Positions 8,271 through 18,475 are shown, numbered from the stretch's first letter. The stretch: 61,220 nucleotides of DNA from Clostridia bacterium (GCA_016297845.1 JAEDFV010000004.1:1-61220), one strand, 5' to 3'. Program-made: numbers and translations. Notes: generated by a model from the sequence alone, not told the origin.

Positions 8271-8780
8271 TTAAACCAATTCAATTAAAGCAGTTTCAGC
8301 GTTGTCGCCTCTTCTCTTTCCAAGTTTAACAATTCTTGTATAGCCACCTTTTTGTCCAAGATTTTTTGCTCTCTCAGCATATCTAGGTGCATACACATTG
8401 AAAATCTTTTCAATCAAAGGATGATTAACGTCTTCTGTTTTTGCTCTGAACGCTGCTTTGCTTTCTTTTTCACCTTTTTGCTCTTGAAGATCATACAAGT
8501 AACTCATAATTTTTCTTCTAGCATTAAGTTTCTTTGTTCCGTCGTTAACAAATTCTTGTTTGCTTTCAACACCTTTATCGTTTTTAACTGTTTTGATTAC
8601 TTTAACAGTGTCTTCATAACTATTAATTGCAAGTGTTAAAATCTTTTCAGCAACTGAACGAGTTGATTTTGCACGTTCAAGTGTTGTTTCAAGTTTTTCA
8701 TTCCACAACAAACTGGAAACTTGGTTACGAATGATTGCCAAACGTTCTTTGGTTGGTCTTCCTAACTTACTATTTGCCAT
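8271..8780 (-). CDS. rplQ: 50S ribosomal protein L17 (169 aa, with internal insertions)
   Basis: KLGRPT at the N-terminus and GGYTRIVKLGKRRGDNAETALIELV at the C-terminus; last gene of the alpha cluster. Confidence 0.95.
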   Translation of the reverse strand: MANSKLGRPTKERLAIIRNQVSSLLWNEKLETTLERAKSTRSVAEKILTLAINSYEDTVKVIKTVKNDKGVESKQEFVNDGTKKLNARRKIMSYLYDLQEQKGEKESKAAFRAKTEDVNHPLIEKIFNVYAPRYAERAKNLGQKGGYTRIVKLGKRRGDNAETALIELV

Positions 8781-8792
8781 TTGTTTCTCCTT

Positions 8793-9749
8793 TTACTCTT
8801 CCGACTCTTTAAAACTAAGACCATATTCAGCAAGTTTATCAAAAACTTCGTCAATAGATTTTAGTCCAAGATTTCTAACTTTAAGCATGTCTTCTCTTGT
8901 TTTTTGTGTTAAATCTTCAACTGTGTTGATGTTTGCTCTTTTAAGGCAATTATAAGAACGAACAGAAAGCTCCATTTCCTCAATTGGCATATCCAATATC
9001 TTTGTTTTGCTATCTTCTTCAGTAGAAACCAAGATATTCATTTTGCCCATTGCTTCGCACAAATCAACGAAAATAGAAATGTGGTCCTGCATAATTTTAC
9101 CTGATAAACTTACAATGTCTCTTGCTGAAATTGTTCCGTTTGTTTCAACTTCTAAAACAAGTTTATCAAAATCAATGCTTTGTCCAACACGTGTTGGTTC
9201 AACACTATAACTGCATTTTTTAACTGGGGAATAGAGTGAATCAATCGCAATAAACTCAGGATTATCAATCAATTCTTTGTTTTTTGTGTTTGCAACATAG
9301 CCTCTGCCTTTTCCAATTAGAACTTCTAATTCAAAAGGGAAACCTTCTTCAACACTGCAGATATGAAGATCTGGATTTAAGATTTCAACTTCTTCATTTG
9401 GTTCAAAATCTTTAGCCGTGATTTCTCCACCTTTATTTGTTTTTATTCTTAAAATTGATCTAAAATCTCTATCTTGATTTGCGACTTTAACTGCCAATCC
9501 TTTAATGTTTAAGACAATGTCAACAACATCTTCATAAACCCCAGGAACAGTTGAAAACTCATGAAGAACTCCAGGAATTCTAATACCAATTCCGGCAGCA
9601 CCTGGAAGAGAAGAAAGAAGTGTTCTTCTAAGTGCATTTCCAAGAGTTATTCCAAAACCTTTTTCTAAAGGTTCAACGGTAAATCTAGCGAAATTCCCAT
9701 TTTCAGTTTCTTCACATGTTATTTTTGGCTTTTCAATTTCCATTAACAT
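8793..9749 (-). CDS. rpoA: DNA-directed RNA polymerase subunit alpha
   Basis: FTVEPLEKGFGITLGNALRR; C-terminal domain ELSVRSYNCLKRANI. Confidence 0.97.
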   Translation of the reverse strand: MLMEIEKPKITCEETENGNFARFTVEPLEKGFGITLGNALRRTLLSSLPGAAGIGIRIPGVLHEFSTVPGVYEDVVDIVLNIKGLAVKVANQDRDFRSILRIKTNKGGEITAKDFEPNEEVEILNPDLHICSVEEGFPFELEVLIGKGRGYVANTKNKELIDNPEFIAIDSLYSPVKKCSYSVEPTRVGQSIDFDKLVLEVETNGTISARDIVSLSGKIMQDHISIFVDLCEAMGKMNILVSTEEDSKTKILDMPIEEMELSVRSYNCLKRANINTVEDLTQKTREDMLKVRNLGLKSIDEVFDKLAEYGLSFKESEE

Positions 9750-9768
9750 ACTTACAACTCCTTATTTA

Positions 9769-10389
9769 CTATCTTGAATACAACTCAATGATGAGATGTT
9801 CTTTTATATTGAGGTCTATGTCTTCTCTTGTTGGAAGCGCTAAGATTTTTCCTTCAAGTTTTTCTGAATCAAATTCAAGCCATTTTGGCATTATTATTTT
9901 CATGCCTTTAAGTTCTTTGAACATTTCAAGATCACGTTTATTTTCTTTTATTGCAATAACATCGCCAACTTTAACAAGGAATGATGGAATGTTAACACGT
10001 TTCCCATTTACTGTTATATGTCCATGGTTAACGATTTGACGGCATTCAGATCTGCTTGCACCAATTCCCATTCTATAGACAACGTTGTCTAATCTTCTTT
10101 CAATCAATGAAAGCATGTTTTCACCAGTAACGCCTTTCATGCGTTCTGCTTCTTCATAATATTTTCTGAATTGTTTTTCTAAAATTCCATATGCTCTTTT
10201 AACTTTTTGTTTTTCACGAAGTTGAAGACCATATTCTGTAACTCTCTTTCTAGCTGCGCCGTGTTGGCCAGGAAGTGTTTGTCTTCTTTCGATCGCACAT
10301 TTTTTACTTGTGCATCTGTCGCCTTTCAAAAAGAGCTTGCAACCTTCACGTCTGCATTGGCGACAATCTGGACTTAATAATTTTGCCAT
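9769..10389 (-). CDS. rpsD: 30S ribosomal protein S4 (C4 zinc-knuckle type)
   Basis: CRQCRREG...CTSKKC N-terminus as in Thermus-type S4; [11 protein letters not shown]4 domain. Confidence 0.97.
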   Translation of the reverse strand: MAKLLSPDCRQCRREGCKLFLKGDRCTSKKCAIERRQTLPGQHGAARKRVTEYGLQLREKQKVKRAYGILEKQFRKYYEEAERMKGVTGENMLSLIERRLDNVVYRMGIGASRSECRQIVNHGHITVNGKRVNIPSFLVKVGDVIAIKENKRDLEMFKELKGMKIIMPKWLEFDSEKLEGKILALPTREDIDLNIKEHLIIELYSR

Positions 10390-10403
10390 AAATATATCTC
10401 CTC

Positions 10404-10796
10404 TTAAACTCTTCTGATTTTAGGTGGTCTGCAACCGTTGTGAGCGATTGGAGAAACATCTTTGATTAATGAAACACCTATTTCCAAGTTTTGAAGTGTT
10501 CTTATAGCTGCTTCACGACCATTTCCTGGTCCTTTTACATAAACTTCAACTGTTTTGATGCCATAATCTTTTGCGACTTTTGCTGCATCCTCAACTGATG
10601 ATTGAGCTGCGAATGGAGTGCTCTTTTTTGAGCCTTTAAAACCAAGTTTTCCTGAACTTGACCATGATAAAACATTTCCAGCCATGTCTGTAAATGTAAC
10701 CATTGTGTTGTTGAAAGAAGATTTAATGTGAACTTGACCTTTGTCAATGCTTTGAGTAATCTTTTTCTTTTTTGTTGTTTTCGATTTAACTGCCAT
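10404..10796 (-). CDS. rpsK: 30S ribosomal protein S11
   Basis: [13 protein letters not shown] and [16 protein letters not shown]. Confidence 0.97.
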   Translation of the reverse strand: MAVKSKTTKKKKITQSIDKGQVHIKSSFNNTMVTFTDMAGNVLSWSSSGKLGFKGSKKSTPFAAQSSVEDAAKVAKDYGIKTVEVYVKGPGNGREAAIRTLQNLEIGVSLIKDVSPIAHNGCRPPKIRRV

Positions 10797-10807
10797 TATC
10801 TTCCTCC

Positions 10808-11185
10808 TTATTTACCTTTCTTACTGCTTCCTGCAACAGCCTTTCTTGGACCTTTGCGTGTTCTGCAGTTTGTTCTAGTATTTTGTCCTCTTACAGGGAG
10901 TCCTTTTCTGTGACGGATTCCTCTGTAACAGCCAATTTCTGTTAAGCGCTTGATATTCATGGAAACTTCTTTTCTCAAGTCACCTTCAACAGAAAAATGT
11001 TTTTCAATATAGTTACGAAGAGTAGCAACATCGTTTTCGTCGAGGTCTTTTACTCTTGTATCTGGATTGATTTTTGTAGCTTCTAATATTTTGTTGGCAT
11101 TAACTCTGCCAATTCCATAGATGTAGGTTAAACCAATTTCAATTCTTTTATCTTTTGGTAAATCTACGCCAGCAATTCTTGCCAT
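10808..11185 (-). CDS. rpsM: 30S ribosomal protein S13
   Basis: [10 protein letters not shown]. Start moved to the second ATG (11185), because AGGAGA lies only 1 nt from the first ATG (11191). Confidence 0.95.
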   Translation of the reverse strand: MARIAGVDLPKDKRIEIGLTYIYGIGRVNANKILEATKINPDTRVKDLDENDVATLRNYIEKHFSVEGDLRKEVSMNIKRLTEIGCYRGIRHRKGLPVRGQNTRTNCRTRKGPRKAVAGSSKKGK

Positions 11186-11303
11186 TTTCATTTCTCCTAA
11201 TTTAGTTTTTTATATATAAATAACGGGGGTGAGTTGCAGGATACTCTCCTACACAGCCGCCTCACACAAGCACATGGCACACCCGAGATTTTTCAAATTA
11301 ATT
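11186..11303 (-). promoter_or_regulatory. unusually long GC-rich structured spacer between rpmJ and rpsM (candidate r-protein leader)
   Basis: The core at about 11223-11290 is strongly G+C enriched against an AT-rich background. On the minus strand it contains hairpin GUAGGA-GAGUA-UCCUGC and the possible pairings GGGUG/CACCC and GUGAG/CUCAC. Confidence 0.35.
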
Positions 11304-11420
11304 TTAGCCTTGGGTTTGTTTATGACTTTTGTCTTTTGAGCAAATAACCATAACTTTGCCTTCACGTTTAATAACTTTGCACTTATCGCACATAGGTTTA
11401 ACAGATGGTCTTACTTTCAT
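11304..11420 (-). CDS. rpmJ: 50S ribosomal protein L36 (below the ORF-track cutoff)
   Basis: Manual translation of the minus strand gives [38 protein letters not shown]. It sits in the canonical position between infA and rpsM. Confidence 0.9.
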   Translation of the reverse strand: MKVRPSVKPMCDKCKVIKREGKVMVICSKDKSHKQTQG

Positions 11421-11436
11421 ATTCCTAATCCCCTTT

Positions 11437-11658
11437 TTAGTTTTTTCCTCGCCATGTGATTCTGCCTTTGGTTAAATCATATGGACTCATTTCAATTTTA
11501 ACTTTGTCGCCTTCCAAAATTTTTATATAATGCATTCTTAAGCGACCTGAAATGTATGCTGTTATGACATGTCCGTTTGAGAGTTTTACCAAAAATGTTG
11601 TGTTAGGCAACACTTCAACAACCTCACCTTCAAATTCTATCACATCTTCTTTAGACAT
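11437..11658 (-). CDS. infA: translation initiation factor IF-1
   Basis: [26 protein letters not shown]. The internal ATG 11658 has AGGAG 8 nt upstream; the longer ORF-track N-terminus is unlikely. Confidence 0.95.
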   Translation of the reverse strand: MSKEDVIEFEGEVVEVLPNTTFLVKLSNGHVITAYISGRLRMHYIKILEGDKVKIEMSPYDLTKGRITWRGKN

Positions 11659-11668
11659 ACAATCTCCT

Positions 11669-11938
11669 TTAACACTTTTTTTCAAAATTTTTCAAAATTT
11701 TTCTTATTACACCATCGTTTGTCTTAGATTTGTCGCCAAATGTTTCATTAAGCGATTCTTCAACAACTCCAAGTGAAACAATATGCTTGACTTTTTTCTT
11801 CTTTGGATTAGAAATGGTCTTTCTTTTTCCATCAATCAAGAGGACATAATCTTTGTCTAGAATTTCTTTAATCAAGTAAACATTGCCAAAATCTCTCCCA
11901 GCCGTTGACTCAACTATTTCAAATTTCTTAAAATTCAT
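11669..11938 (-). CDS. KOW-domain RNA-binding protein (the small gene found between map and infA in many Firmicutes)
   Basis: [25 protein letters not shown] is KOW-like. ATG 11938 is preceded by GAGAGG. Confidence 0.7.
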   Translation of the reverse strand: MNFKKFEIVESTAGRDFGNVYLIKEILDKDYVLLIDGKRKTISNPKKKKVKHIVSLGVVEESLNETFGDKSKTNDGVIRKILKNFEKKC

Positions 11939-11946
11939 GTTTCCTC

Positions 11947-12687
11947 TCACAATGTCAAGATTTCTACTTTATCTTTCAAAATTAGAACTGTATTCTCATA
12001 ATGTGCTGATGGCATTAAATCTTGAGTAATTGTTGTCCAACCATCTTCCAAAACGAAAATTTTTCTTGTTCCCATGTTAACCATTGGTTCAATTGCCAGA
12101 CAAGTGTTTTCTTGCACAATTGGGCCATCAGTCTCCTTTCCATAATTAGGAACGTTTGGTTCAAGATGCATCTTATCGCCAATTCCATGACCAACCATTT
12201 CTCTAACTACACTAAAACCATTTTTTTCAACATAGTTTTGTATGCTAGAAGAAAGTTTGCCAAGCCTTTCACCGGCTTTAAGATTTTTTATTCCCTCAAA
12301 AAAACTTTCACGAGTTACATCAATGAGTTTTTGTTTTTCTTCGGAAATTCTACCAACTGGGAATGTTCTTGCAGCATCGCCGTTGTAGCCTTTATACTCA
12401 ACTCCAACATCTATGCTTACAATGTCACCTTCTTTAAGTTTTCTTTCAGATGGAATCCCATGAACAACAACTTCATTAATTGAAATACAAGTTGATTTTG
12501 GGTATCCGAAATAGTTTTTAAATGAAGGTTTCCCGCCATGTTTAATTATATACTCTGAAATTAAATTGTCAAGAGAATTGGTCGAAATCCCTGGTTTAAT
12601 CAAGGATTCCGCATAATTTAAAGCGTTCTTCGTCATCTCTCCTGCCTTTTTCATTAAAACGATTTGCGCTGGTGATAACTGCTTCAT
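11947..12687 (-). CDS. map: type I methionine aminopeptidase
   Basis: VVHGIP, DVGVEYKGYNGDAARTF, GHGIG and EPM metal-ligand blocks. Confidence 0.95.
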   Translation of the reverse strand: MKQLSPAQIVLMKKAGEMTKNALNYAESLIKPGISTNSLDNLISEYIIKHGGKPSFKNYFGYPKSTCISINEVVVHGIPSERKLKEGDIVSIDVGVEYKGYNGDAARTFPVGRISEEKQKLIDVTRESFFEGIKNLKAGERLGKLSSSIQNYVEKNGFSVVREMVGHGIGDKMHLEPNVPNYGKETDGPIVQENTCLAIEPMVNMGTRKIFVLEDGWTTITQDLMPSAHYENTVLILKDKVEILTL

Positions 12688-12695
12688 TTTTCTCC

Positions 12696-13319
12696 TTAAA
12701 TTTTTAAAAGAATTTTTCTAACTGATTTATATGTTTCTTCTGGGCTTTCTGCACTAAAGACAGTTTTCAAAAGTTTTTTCTTTCTGAAAAACTCAATAAG
12801 AGGTTCACTTTGTGATAAGTATTTTTCTATACGATGTCTTATTACATCAATTTTGTCGTCATCGCGCTGTATCAATTTTGCACCGCAATCATCACAATTT
12901 TCAATAAATTTGTTAGAAATGTTATATATTTTCCCACATGCTGGGCAAATTCTTCTCGAAAGAGCGCGTCTTTCAACTTCTATGATGCTAACATCTATGT
13001 AAATAACAACATCAATGTTAGTTATTTTAAGTAGCATCTTTGCTTGTTCAAGTGTTCTTGGAAATCCGTCTAGAATATAACCATTCTTGCAATCTTCTTC
13101 GTTAATTCTTTCTTTAATGATTTCAATCATTATATTGTCTGGAACAAGTTCGCCACGGTTAATAATTGATTCTACGAATTTTCCAATCTCTGTTTGGCGT
13201 TGTATATTGTCTCGCAAAATGTCACCAGTTGAAATTTGAGGCAAGCCAAACTCGTTAGAAATAAGTTTAGCTTGACTCCCCTTTCCACTGCTTGGTGCTC
13301 CGAATAAAACAATTTTCAT
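12696..13319 (-). CDS. adk: adenylate kinase (zinc-lid type)
   Basis: P-loop GAPSSGKGSQ; lid CPACG...CDDCG. Confidence 0.95.
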   Translation of the reverse strand: MKIVLFGAPSSGKGSQAKLISNEFGLPQISTGDILRDNIQRQTEIGKFVESIINRGELVPDNIMIEIIKERINEEDCKNGYILDGFPRTLEQAKMLLKITNIDVVIYIDVSIIEVERRALSRRICPACGKIYNISNKFIENCDDCGAKLIQRDDDKIDVIRHRIEKYLSQSEPLIEFFRKKKLLKTVFSAESPEETYKSVRKILLKI

Positions 13320-13330
13320 GCCGAGCCCTC

Positions 13331-14626
13331 CTATTTTAAGAAACCTCTATAATTTTTCATGAGTAATTGTGCTTCAAGTTGTTTATCAAATTCGAGAGCA
13401 ACAGAAACAATAATCAAAAGTCCAGTAGCACTGAAAGCATTAACAAGTGCTGAATTTCCACCAATTCCTTTGAATATCAAGTTTGGAACTAATGCAATAA
13501 ATGCCAAGAAAATTGCTCCAAACAATATGACTCTGTTAGAAATTTTTCTCAAATAATCTGAGGTAGGTTTTCCTGGTCTAATTCCAGGGATAAATCCACC
13601 GTTTTGTTGAATTTGTTTGCTGATATCATCAGGATTAAATGTAATCTGCGCATAGAAATACGAGAAAAACAAAATTAAAAGTGATGAAACAACAATGTAA
13701 GGCCATGAGCCTGAGCCCATCCAAGTGTTGTACCATGTCATTGCATCAGAATTAGGGCAGAATATACTCATGATAAGTTGTGGGAATGTCAACAAAGCAC
13801 TCGCAAAGATAATTGGCATAACGCCTGATCCATTAACACGAATAGGAATGTTGGTGTTCTGTCCACCGTACATTTTTCTTCCCTTAATTTGTTTAGCATA
13901 TTGAACAGGAACTTTTCTTTCTGCCAAGTCAACAAAGACTATAAGTCCGAAGATAACAACAACTGCTACAAGGAACACAATAAGTTTCCAAAGTTCGTTC
14001 ATATCTCCAGCAACAATTTCTTTTATACTTGTCAAAATAGATTGACCCGCTGTTGAAAGAATGCCAACAAAAATCAAAAGTGAAAGTCCGTTTCCAATTC
14101 CAATTTCTGTAATTCTTTCACCAAGCCAAACAGTGAACATTGCCCCTGCAACCAAAACAAGAACGACAATCGCACTTGTAAGCCATTGAGGAGACCCACT
14201 CCAAAGCATACTTGAGTCAATTACACTGCTATAACCAACAACAATACCAACCGCTTGAGCAATTGCTAAAACAAGAGCAGCCCAGCGAGTATATCTTGAA
14301 AGTTTCTTTCTTCCTTCTTCACCTTCCTTGCTCAGTCTTTGCCAACTAGGAATTGCAATTGAAAGAAGTTGAATAATAATTGATGCACTAATATATGGTG
14401 AAACACCAAGAGCCAAAAATGCACCGTTAGCTAATGAGCCACCGTTTATTGAACTTAAAAGAGTCAAAAAACTGTTTTCACCGGTTACAGTTGCAAATGC
14501 ACTTGAATTAATACCGGGAATTGGAAGCCAACATCCAATTCTAAAAACTAAAAGCAAAAGAAGCGTTATGATTATCTTAACGCGAACTTCTTTTGATTTA
14601 AAACATTCAGCAATTCGTTTGAACAT
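13331..14626 (-). CDS. secY: preprotein translocase subunit SecY
   Basis: 431-aa multi-TM protein in the canonical spc-operon position, with GVSPYISASII and LLIFVGI blocks. Confidence 0.95.
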   Translation of the reverse strand: MFKRIAECFKSKEVRVKIIITLLLLLVFRIGCWLPIPGINSSAFATVTGENSFLTLLSSINGGSLANGAFLALGVSPYISASIIIQLLSIAIPSWQRLSKEGEEGRKKLSRYTRWAALVLAIAQAVGIVVGYSSVIDSSMLWSGSPQWLTSAIVVLVLVAGAMFTVWLGERITEIGIGNGLSLLIFVGILSTAGQSILTSIKEIVAGDMNELWKLIVFLVAVVVIFGLIVFVDLAERKVPVQYAKQIKGRKMYGGQNTNIPIRVNGSGVMPIIFASALLTFPQLIMSIFCPNSDAMTWYNTWMGSGSWPYIVVSSLLILFFSYFYAQITFNPDDISKQIQQNGGFIPGIRPGKPTSDYLRKISNRVILFGAIFLAFIALVPNLIFKGIGGNSALVNAFSATGLLIIVSVALEFDKQLEAQLLMKNYRGFLK

Positions 14627-15072
14627 TAAATCACCTCTGCTTTTCCGCCAACTTTCTCAATTTTTTCTTTGGCAGATGCAGAGAATTTATTTGCTTTAAC
14701 AACTAGCGATTTTGATAACTCCCCATTACCCAAAACTTTGAGACCGTATGGCATAATTTTTCCAATAACTCTGTTTTCATATAACAATTCTTGAGTTATT
14801 TCAGTATTAGCATCGAATTTCTCTAAATCGCCAACGTTAACTACAGCATATTCCTTATCGAAATTAGCATTGTTAAAGCCACGAATTTTCATCTTTCTAA
14901 CGAGAGGTAATTGTCCGCCTTCGAATCCAGGACGAACTCCACCGCCACTTCTAGCGTTTTGTCCTTTATGCCCCTTACCGCTTGTTTTTCCAAGACCACT
15001 TCCAATTCCTCTTCCAAGTCTTTTTTCATTAAAGCGTGAATTAGGTGCAGGTTGTAAATTTTGAATATACAT
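14626..15072 (-). CDS. rplO: 50S ribosomal protein L15
   Basis: [19 protein letters not shown]. Start at ATG 15072 with AAGGAGG upstream; the ORF-track extension is unlikely. Confidence 0.95.
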   Translation of the reverse strand: MYIQNLQPAPNSRFNEKRLGRGIGSGLGKTSGKGHKGQNARSGGGVRPGFEGGQLPLVRKMKIRGFNNANFDKEYAVVNVGDLEKFDANTEITQELLYENRVIGKIMPYGLKVLGNGELSKSLVVKANKFSASAKEKIEKVGGKAEVI

Positions 15073-15082
15073 CTTTTCCTCC

Positions 15083-15277
15083 TTAAACTTCTTCAACGTT
15101 AACAAGATGTTTAACGTGGAATATGCTTCCTCTAACACTGTCGTTATCTGGGAGAAGTTTTGTTTGGTTTAATTTAGTAAGTCCCAATGCTTCAAGGATT
15201 TTAGCTTGTTTTTTATTATAGCCAATTACACTTCTAACATAAGTAACTTTTAACATTTTTTGTTCTTTTTTTGCCAT
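15083..15277 (-). CDS. rpmD: 50S ribosomal protein L30
   Basis: [11 protein letters not shown]...LGL; position after rpsE. Confidence 0.95.
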   Translation of the reverse strand: MAKKEQKMLKVTYVRSVIGYNKKQAKILEALGLTKLNQTKLLPDNDSVRGSIFHVKHLVNVEEV

Positions 15278-15286
15278 AATTCACCT

Positions 15287-15895
15287 CTATATCTCATCAA
15301 CAGATTTTCCACGAGCAAGTGCAACTTCTTCTCTTGTTCTCAAAGATTGTAAACCTTTAAGTGTTGCTCTAACGCAGTTAATCTTGTTTGTTGAGCCATG
15401 AATTTTTGTAACAATATCTTTAATTCCTGCAAGTTCCAAAACTGCACGAGCACTTCCGCCAGCGATAACTCCAGAACCTTGTTTTGCTGGAAGCATTAAA
15501 ACTTTACTTGTTCCATACTTTCCAACAACATCATGAGGAATTGTTCCGTTAACGATGTTAATTTTTTTCAAGTTTTGTTTTGCTTGAAGAGTTGCTTTGT
15601 CAATTGCAGCAGGAACTTCTTTTGCTCTTCCTGTTCCAATTCCAACTGTACCCTTGTGGTCACCAATAACTACAAGAGCGCTGAAACGCATTGTTCTTCC
15701 GCCTTTAACAACCTTTGTAACACGTCTAACAGAAACTAAAGTTTTGTCAAACTCGCTATCTTCACGTTTCTTTTCACGTCTGTCGTTTTGTTTGCGATCA
15801 CGTTTGAAATCGTCACGTTTCTTTCTTTCTTCTTTTACAACATCAGTTGTGTTATCTGCGATTTCGACATTTTCATTTTTGATTTCTTCGTTCAT
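15287..15895 (-). CDS. rpsE: 30S ribosomal protein S5 with a charged N-terminal extension of about 45 aa
   Basis: [22 protein letters not shown] core. AGGAGG precedes ATG 15895, which supports the extended start. Confidence 0.95.
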   Translation of the reverse strand: MNEEIKNENVEIADNTTDVVKEERKKRDDFKRDRKQNDRREKKREDSEFDKTLVSVRRVTKVVKGGRTMRFSALVVIGDHKGTVGIGTGRAKEVPAAIDKATLQAKQNLKKINIVNGTIPHDVVGKYGTSKVLMLPAKQGSGVIAGGSARAVLELAGIKDIVTKIHGSTNKINCVRATLKGLQSLRTREEVALARGKSVDEI

Positions 15896-15904
15896 ACGTT
15901 CCTC

Positions 15905-16273
15905 CTAAAATTCCAAGCCAGCTTCTCTGGCACCATCAGCAAGAGCTTGAACTCTTCCAGTGTAGAGATAACCGCCTCTGTCGAAAACAACAGTTTTAAT
16001 TTTCTTTTTCAATGCTCTTTTAGCAAGAGTTTCGCCAACAAGTTTAGCTTGTTCTTTGCGATTTTTACCTTTGCAAGATTTTGAAATCTCTTTGTCAATA
16101 GTTGAGCATGAAACCAAGGTTACGCCCTTTTCATCATCAATGATTTGAGCATAAATTCCATTAAGACTTCTGTAAACAGCAAGTCTTGGAGCGTCACTTG
16201 TTCCTTTAAGAGTGTTTCTCAAACGAGCGTGACGTTTCAATCTAATTTGATTTTTATTGTCTTTACTAATCAT
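15905..16273 (-). CDS. rplR: 50S ribosomal protein L18
   Basis: [18 protein letters not shown]. Confidence 0.97.
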   Translation of the reverse strand: MISKDNKNQIRLKRHARLRNTLKGTSDAPRLAVYRSLNGIYAQIIDDEKGVTLVSCSTIDKEISKSCKGKNRKEQAKLVGETLAKRALKKKIKTVVFDRGGYLYTGRVQALADGAREAGLEF

Positions 16274-16283
16274 TTTTTAACTC

Positions 16284-16829
16284 CTACTTCTTGCCTTTAC
16301 CAGCAGTTTTACCTTGTTTTCTAATAACAACTTCATCATCATATCTAACGCCGTAACCATGATATGGTTCAACTTTTCTTAAATCTCTGATATTTGATGC
16401 AAGTTGTCCGACTTTTTGTTTGTCAATTCCTGTAATTTTTATATCAGTTGCTGTTGGGCACTCAATCTTGATACCTTCTGGTTCAACAACGTCGATTGAA
16501 TGTGAATAACCTAAATTCAAAACAAGTTTATTTCCAACTTTATTTGCTTTGTAACCAACTCCTTTGATTACAAGGTTTCTGGTAAATCCTTCTTTTACAC
16601 CTTTAACCATGTTGGCAATTAATGCTCTATAAAGTCCATGTTTTGCTTTTACGTCATTGTTATCGTTCTTTCTTGAAAGAGAAATAACATTGCCATCAAT
16701 TTTTATATCAACATCACTGAATTCTTGAGTTAAGGTTCCAAGTGGTCCTTTAACAGTTATCAAATTGCCTTCAACTTGTGCACTAACACCGTCTGGCATT
16801 TGAATTGGACTTCTTCCTATTCTAGACAT
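16284..16829 (-). CDS. rplF: 50S ribosomal protein L6
   Basis: MSRIGRSPIQMP. ATG 16829 is preceded by AGGAGG. Confidence 0.95.
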   Translation of the reverse strand: MSRIGRSPIQMPDGVSAQVEGNLITVKGPLGTLTQEFSDVDIKIDGNVISLSRKNDNNDVKAKHGLYRALIANMVKGVKEGFTRNLVIKGVGYKANKVGNKLVLNLGYSHSIDVVEPEGIKIECPTATDIKITGIDKQKVGQLASNIRDLRKVEPYHGYGVRYDDEVVIRKQGKTAGKGKK

Positions 16830-16837
16830 AGTTCCTC

Positions 16838-17236
16838 CTACCAAACGTAAGCAAGAACTTCACCGCCAACTTTCTGCTCTCTTGCTTGTTTGTCTGTTAA
16901 TATACCTTTGTTTGTTGAAATAATTGCAATTCCCATTCCACCAATAACTCTTGGAAGTTTATCAACAGTTGTGTAAACTCTGAGTCCAGGTTTAGAAATT
17001 CTTTTTAATCCGTAGATTATACTATTTCCATGTTCGTCATATTTGATTGCAATTTTGATATACTTAATCTTTTTGTCTTCAACGATTTCGAAAGATTTGA
17101 TATATCCTTCATCAAGTAAAATTTTTGCAATAGCTTCCTTTTCTTTCGAAACAGGAACTAAAACATCTTCATGTTTTGCAGTTATAGCATTTCTAAGTCT
17201 TGTTAGCATATCTGCAATTGGGTCTGTAACTATCAT
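16838..17236 (-). CDS. rpsH: 30S ribosomal protein S8
   Basis: [13 protein letters not shown]. Confidence 0.97.
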   Translation of the reverse strand: MIVTDPIADMLTRLRNAITAKHEDVLVPVSKEKEAIAKILLDEGYIKSFEIVEDKKIKYIKIAIKYDEHGNSIIYGLKRISKPGLRVYTTVDKLPRVIGGMGIAIISTNKGILTDKQAREQKVGGEVLAYVW

Positions 17237-17246
17237 ATCTTCCCTC

Positions 17247-17432
17247 CTACCAACTAGCCTTTTTCATGCCAGGTATTTCTCCCTTGTTTGCTTTTTCACG
17301 GAAACATACCCTGCAAAGACCATATTTCTTTAAAACAGCATGTGGACGACCACAAATTTCACAACGAGTGTATTCACGAGTTGAAAATTTTTGCTTTTTT
17401 TGTTGTTTTTCAATTAATGCTTTTCTTGCCAT
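17247..17432 (-). CDS. rpsN: 30S ribosomal protein S14, type Z (zinc-binding, 61 aa)
   Basis: CEICGRPH...CRVCFRE. Confidence 0.97.
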   Translation of the reverse strand: MARKALIEKQQKKQKFSTREYTRCEICGRPHAVLKKYGLCRVCFREKANKGEIPGMKKASW

Positions 17433-17441
17433 TATTCCCTC

Positions 17442-17987
17442 CTATCTATCTTTGAAAGGCATTCCAAGAGCCTCTAAAAGAGATAATGCCTCTGAATCCG
17501 ACTTTGCAGTTGTAACAATCATGATATCAAAACCTCTGATTTTTTCGATTTTGTCATAATTGATTTCTGGGAATATAAGTTGTTCTTTAATTCCAAGAGC
17601 ATAGTTTCCATGTCCATCAAAAGATTTTCTTGAAACTCCTCTGAAATCTCTAACTCTAGGAAGAGCAACTGCAATAAGTTTATCTAAAAACTCATACATT
17701 CTGTCGCCTCTTAAAGTTACTTTAGCACCAATTTTCATTCCTTGTCTAACTTTAAAGTTAGAAATAGCTTTTTTTGCTTTTGTTGCAACTGGTTTTTGTC
17801 CAGAGATAACACCTAATTCGTCAATTGCAATTCCCAAACTTTTTGAATTGTCTTTAACATCTCCAAGTCCCATGTTCAAAACAATTTTGTCAAGTTTTGG
17901 AACTTCGTTAACGTTTTTATAACCATGAAGTTTCATAAGTTCTGGAACAATATCTTTTTTATATGTTTCTTTTAATCTATTAGCCAT
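17442..17987 (-). CDS. rplE: 50S ribosomal protein L5
   Basis: Typical L5 sequence ([18 protein letters not shown]) and position. Confidence 0.97.
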   Translation of the reverse strand: MANRLKETYKKDIVPELMKLHGYKNVNEVPKLDKIVLNMGLGDVKDNSKSLGIAIDELGVISGQKPVATKAKKAISNFKVRQGMKIGAKVTLRGDRMYEFLDKLIAVALPRVRDFRGVSRKSFDGHGNYALGIKEQLIFPEINYDKIEKIRGFDIMIVTTAKSDSEALSLLEALGMPFKDR

Positions 17988-17998
17988 TGTTTTTCTCC

Positions 17999-18466
17999 TT
18001 ATTCAGCCTTTGTGGTTTTCTTTGCAGTTGACTTTGTAGCTGTTGCTGTTTTAGTTGTCGACTTTTCACTTGTTGCTGATTTTGTTGATGTTTTCTTTTC
18101 AGCAGGTTTTTCAGTTTTATCTGATTTTGTTTCTTTCTTAACTGCTTTTGCAAGGTCTTTATCTAAACTTGCACCGCATTTTTTGCAAATTCTTGCTTTT
18201 TTGCCATCAATTTCTTTGTGGCCAATTCTTGTTGCTTTTCCGCATGTTGAACAAACAACCATAACATTTGAAGAATCAATAGGATTTGTTTGTTTAACAA
18301 TTCCGCCTTTATCTTGGGCAGAGCGAGGTTTTTTGTGTTTAGTAACGATGTTTACGCCTTCAACAACGACTTTTGCAGATTTTGGTGAAGTTTCAAGAAC
18401 TTTACCCTTTTTGCCTTTGTCTTTTCCAGCGATAACAACAACGTTGTCACCTTTTTTAATTTCCAT
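17999..18466 (-). CDS. rplX: 50S ribosomal protein L24 with C4 ribbon and a ~50-aa Lys/Thr-rich C-terminal tail
   Basis: KOW motif [16 protein letters not shown]; CSTCG...CKKCG; tail [46 protein letters not shown]. Confidence 0.95.
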   Translation of the reverse strand: MEIKKGDNVVVIAGKDKGKKGKVLETSPKSAKVVVEGVNIVTKHKKPRSAQDKGGIVKQTNPIDSSNVMVVCSTCGKATRIGHKEIDGKKARICKKCGASLDKDLAKAVKKETKSDKTEKPAEKKTSTKSATSEKSTTKTATATKSTAKKTTKAE

Positions 18467-18475
18467 TGCTTCCTC

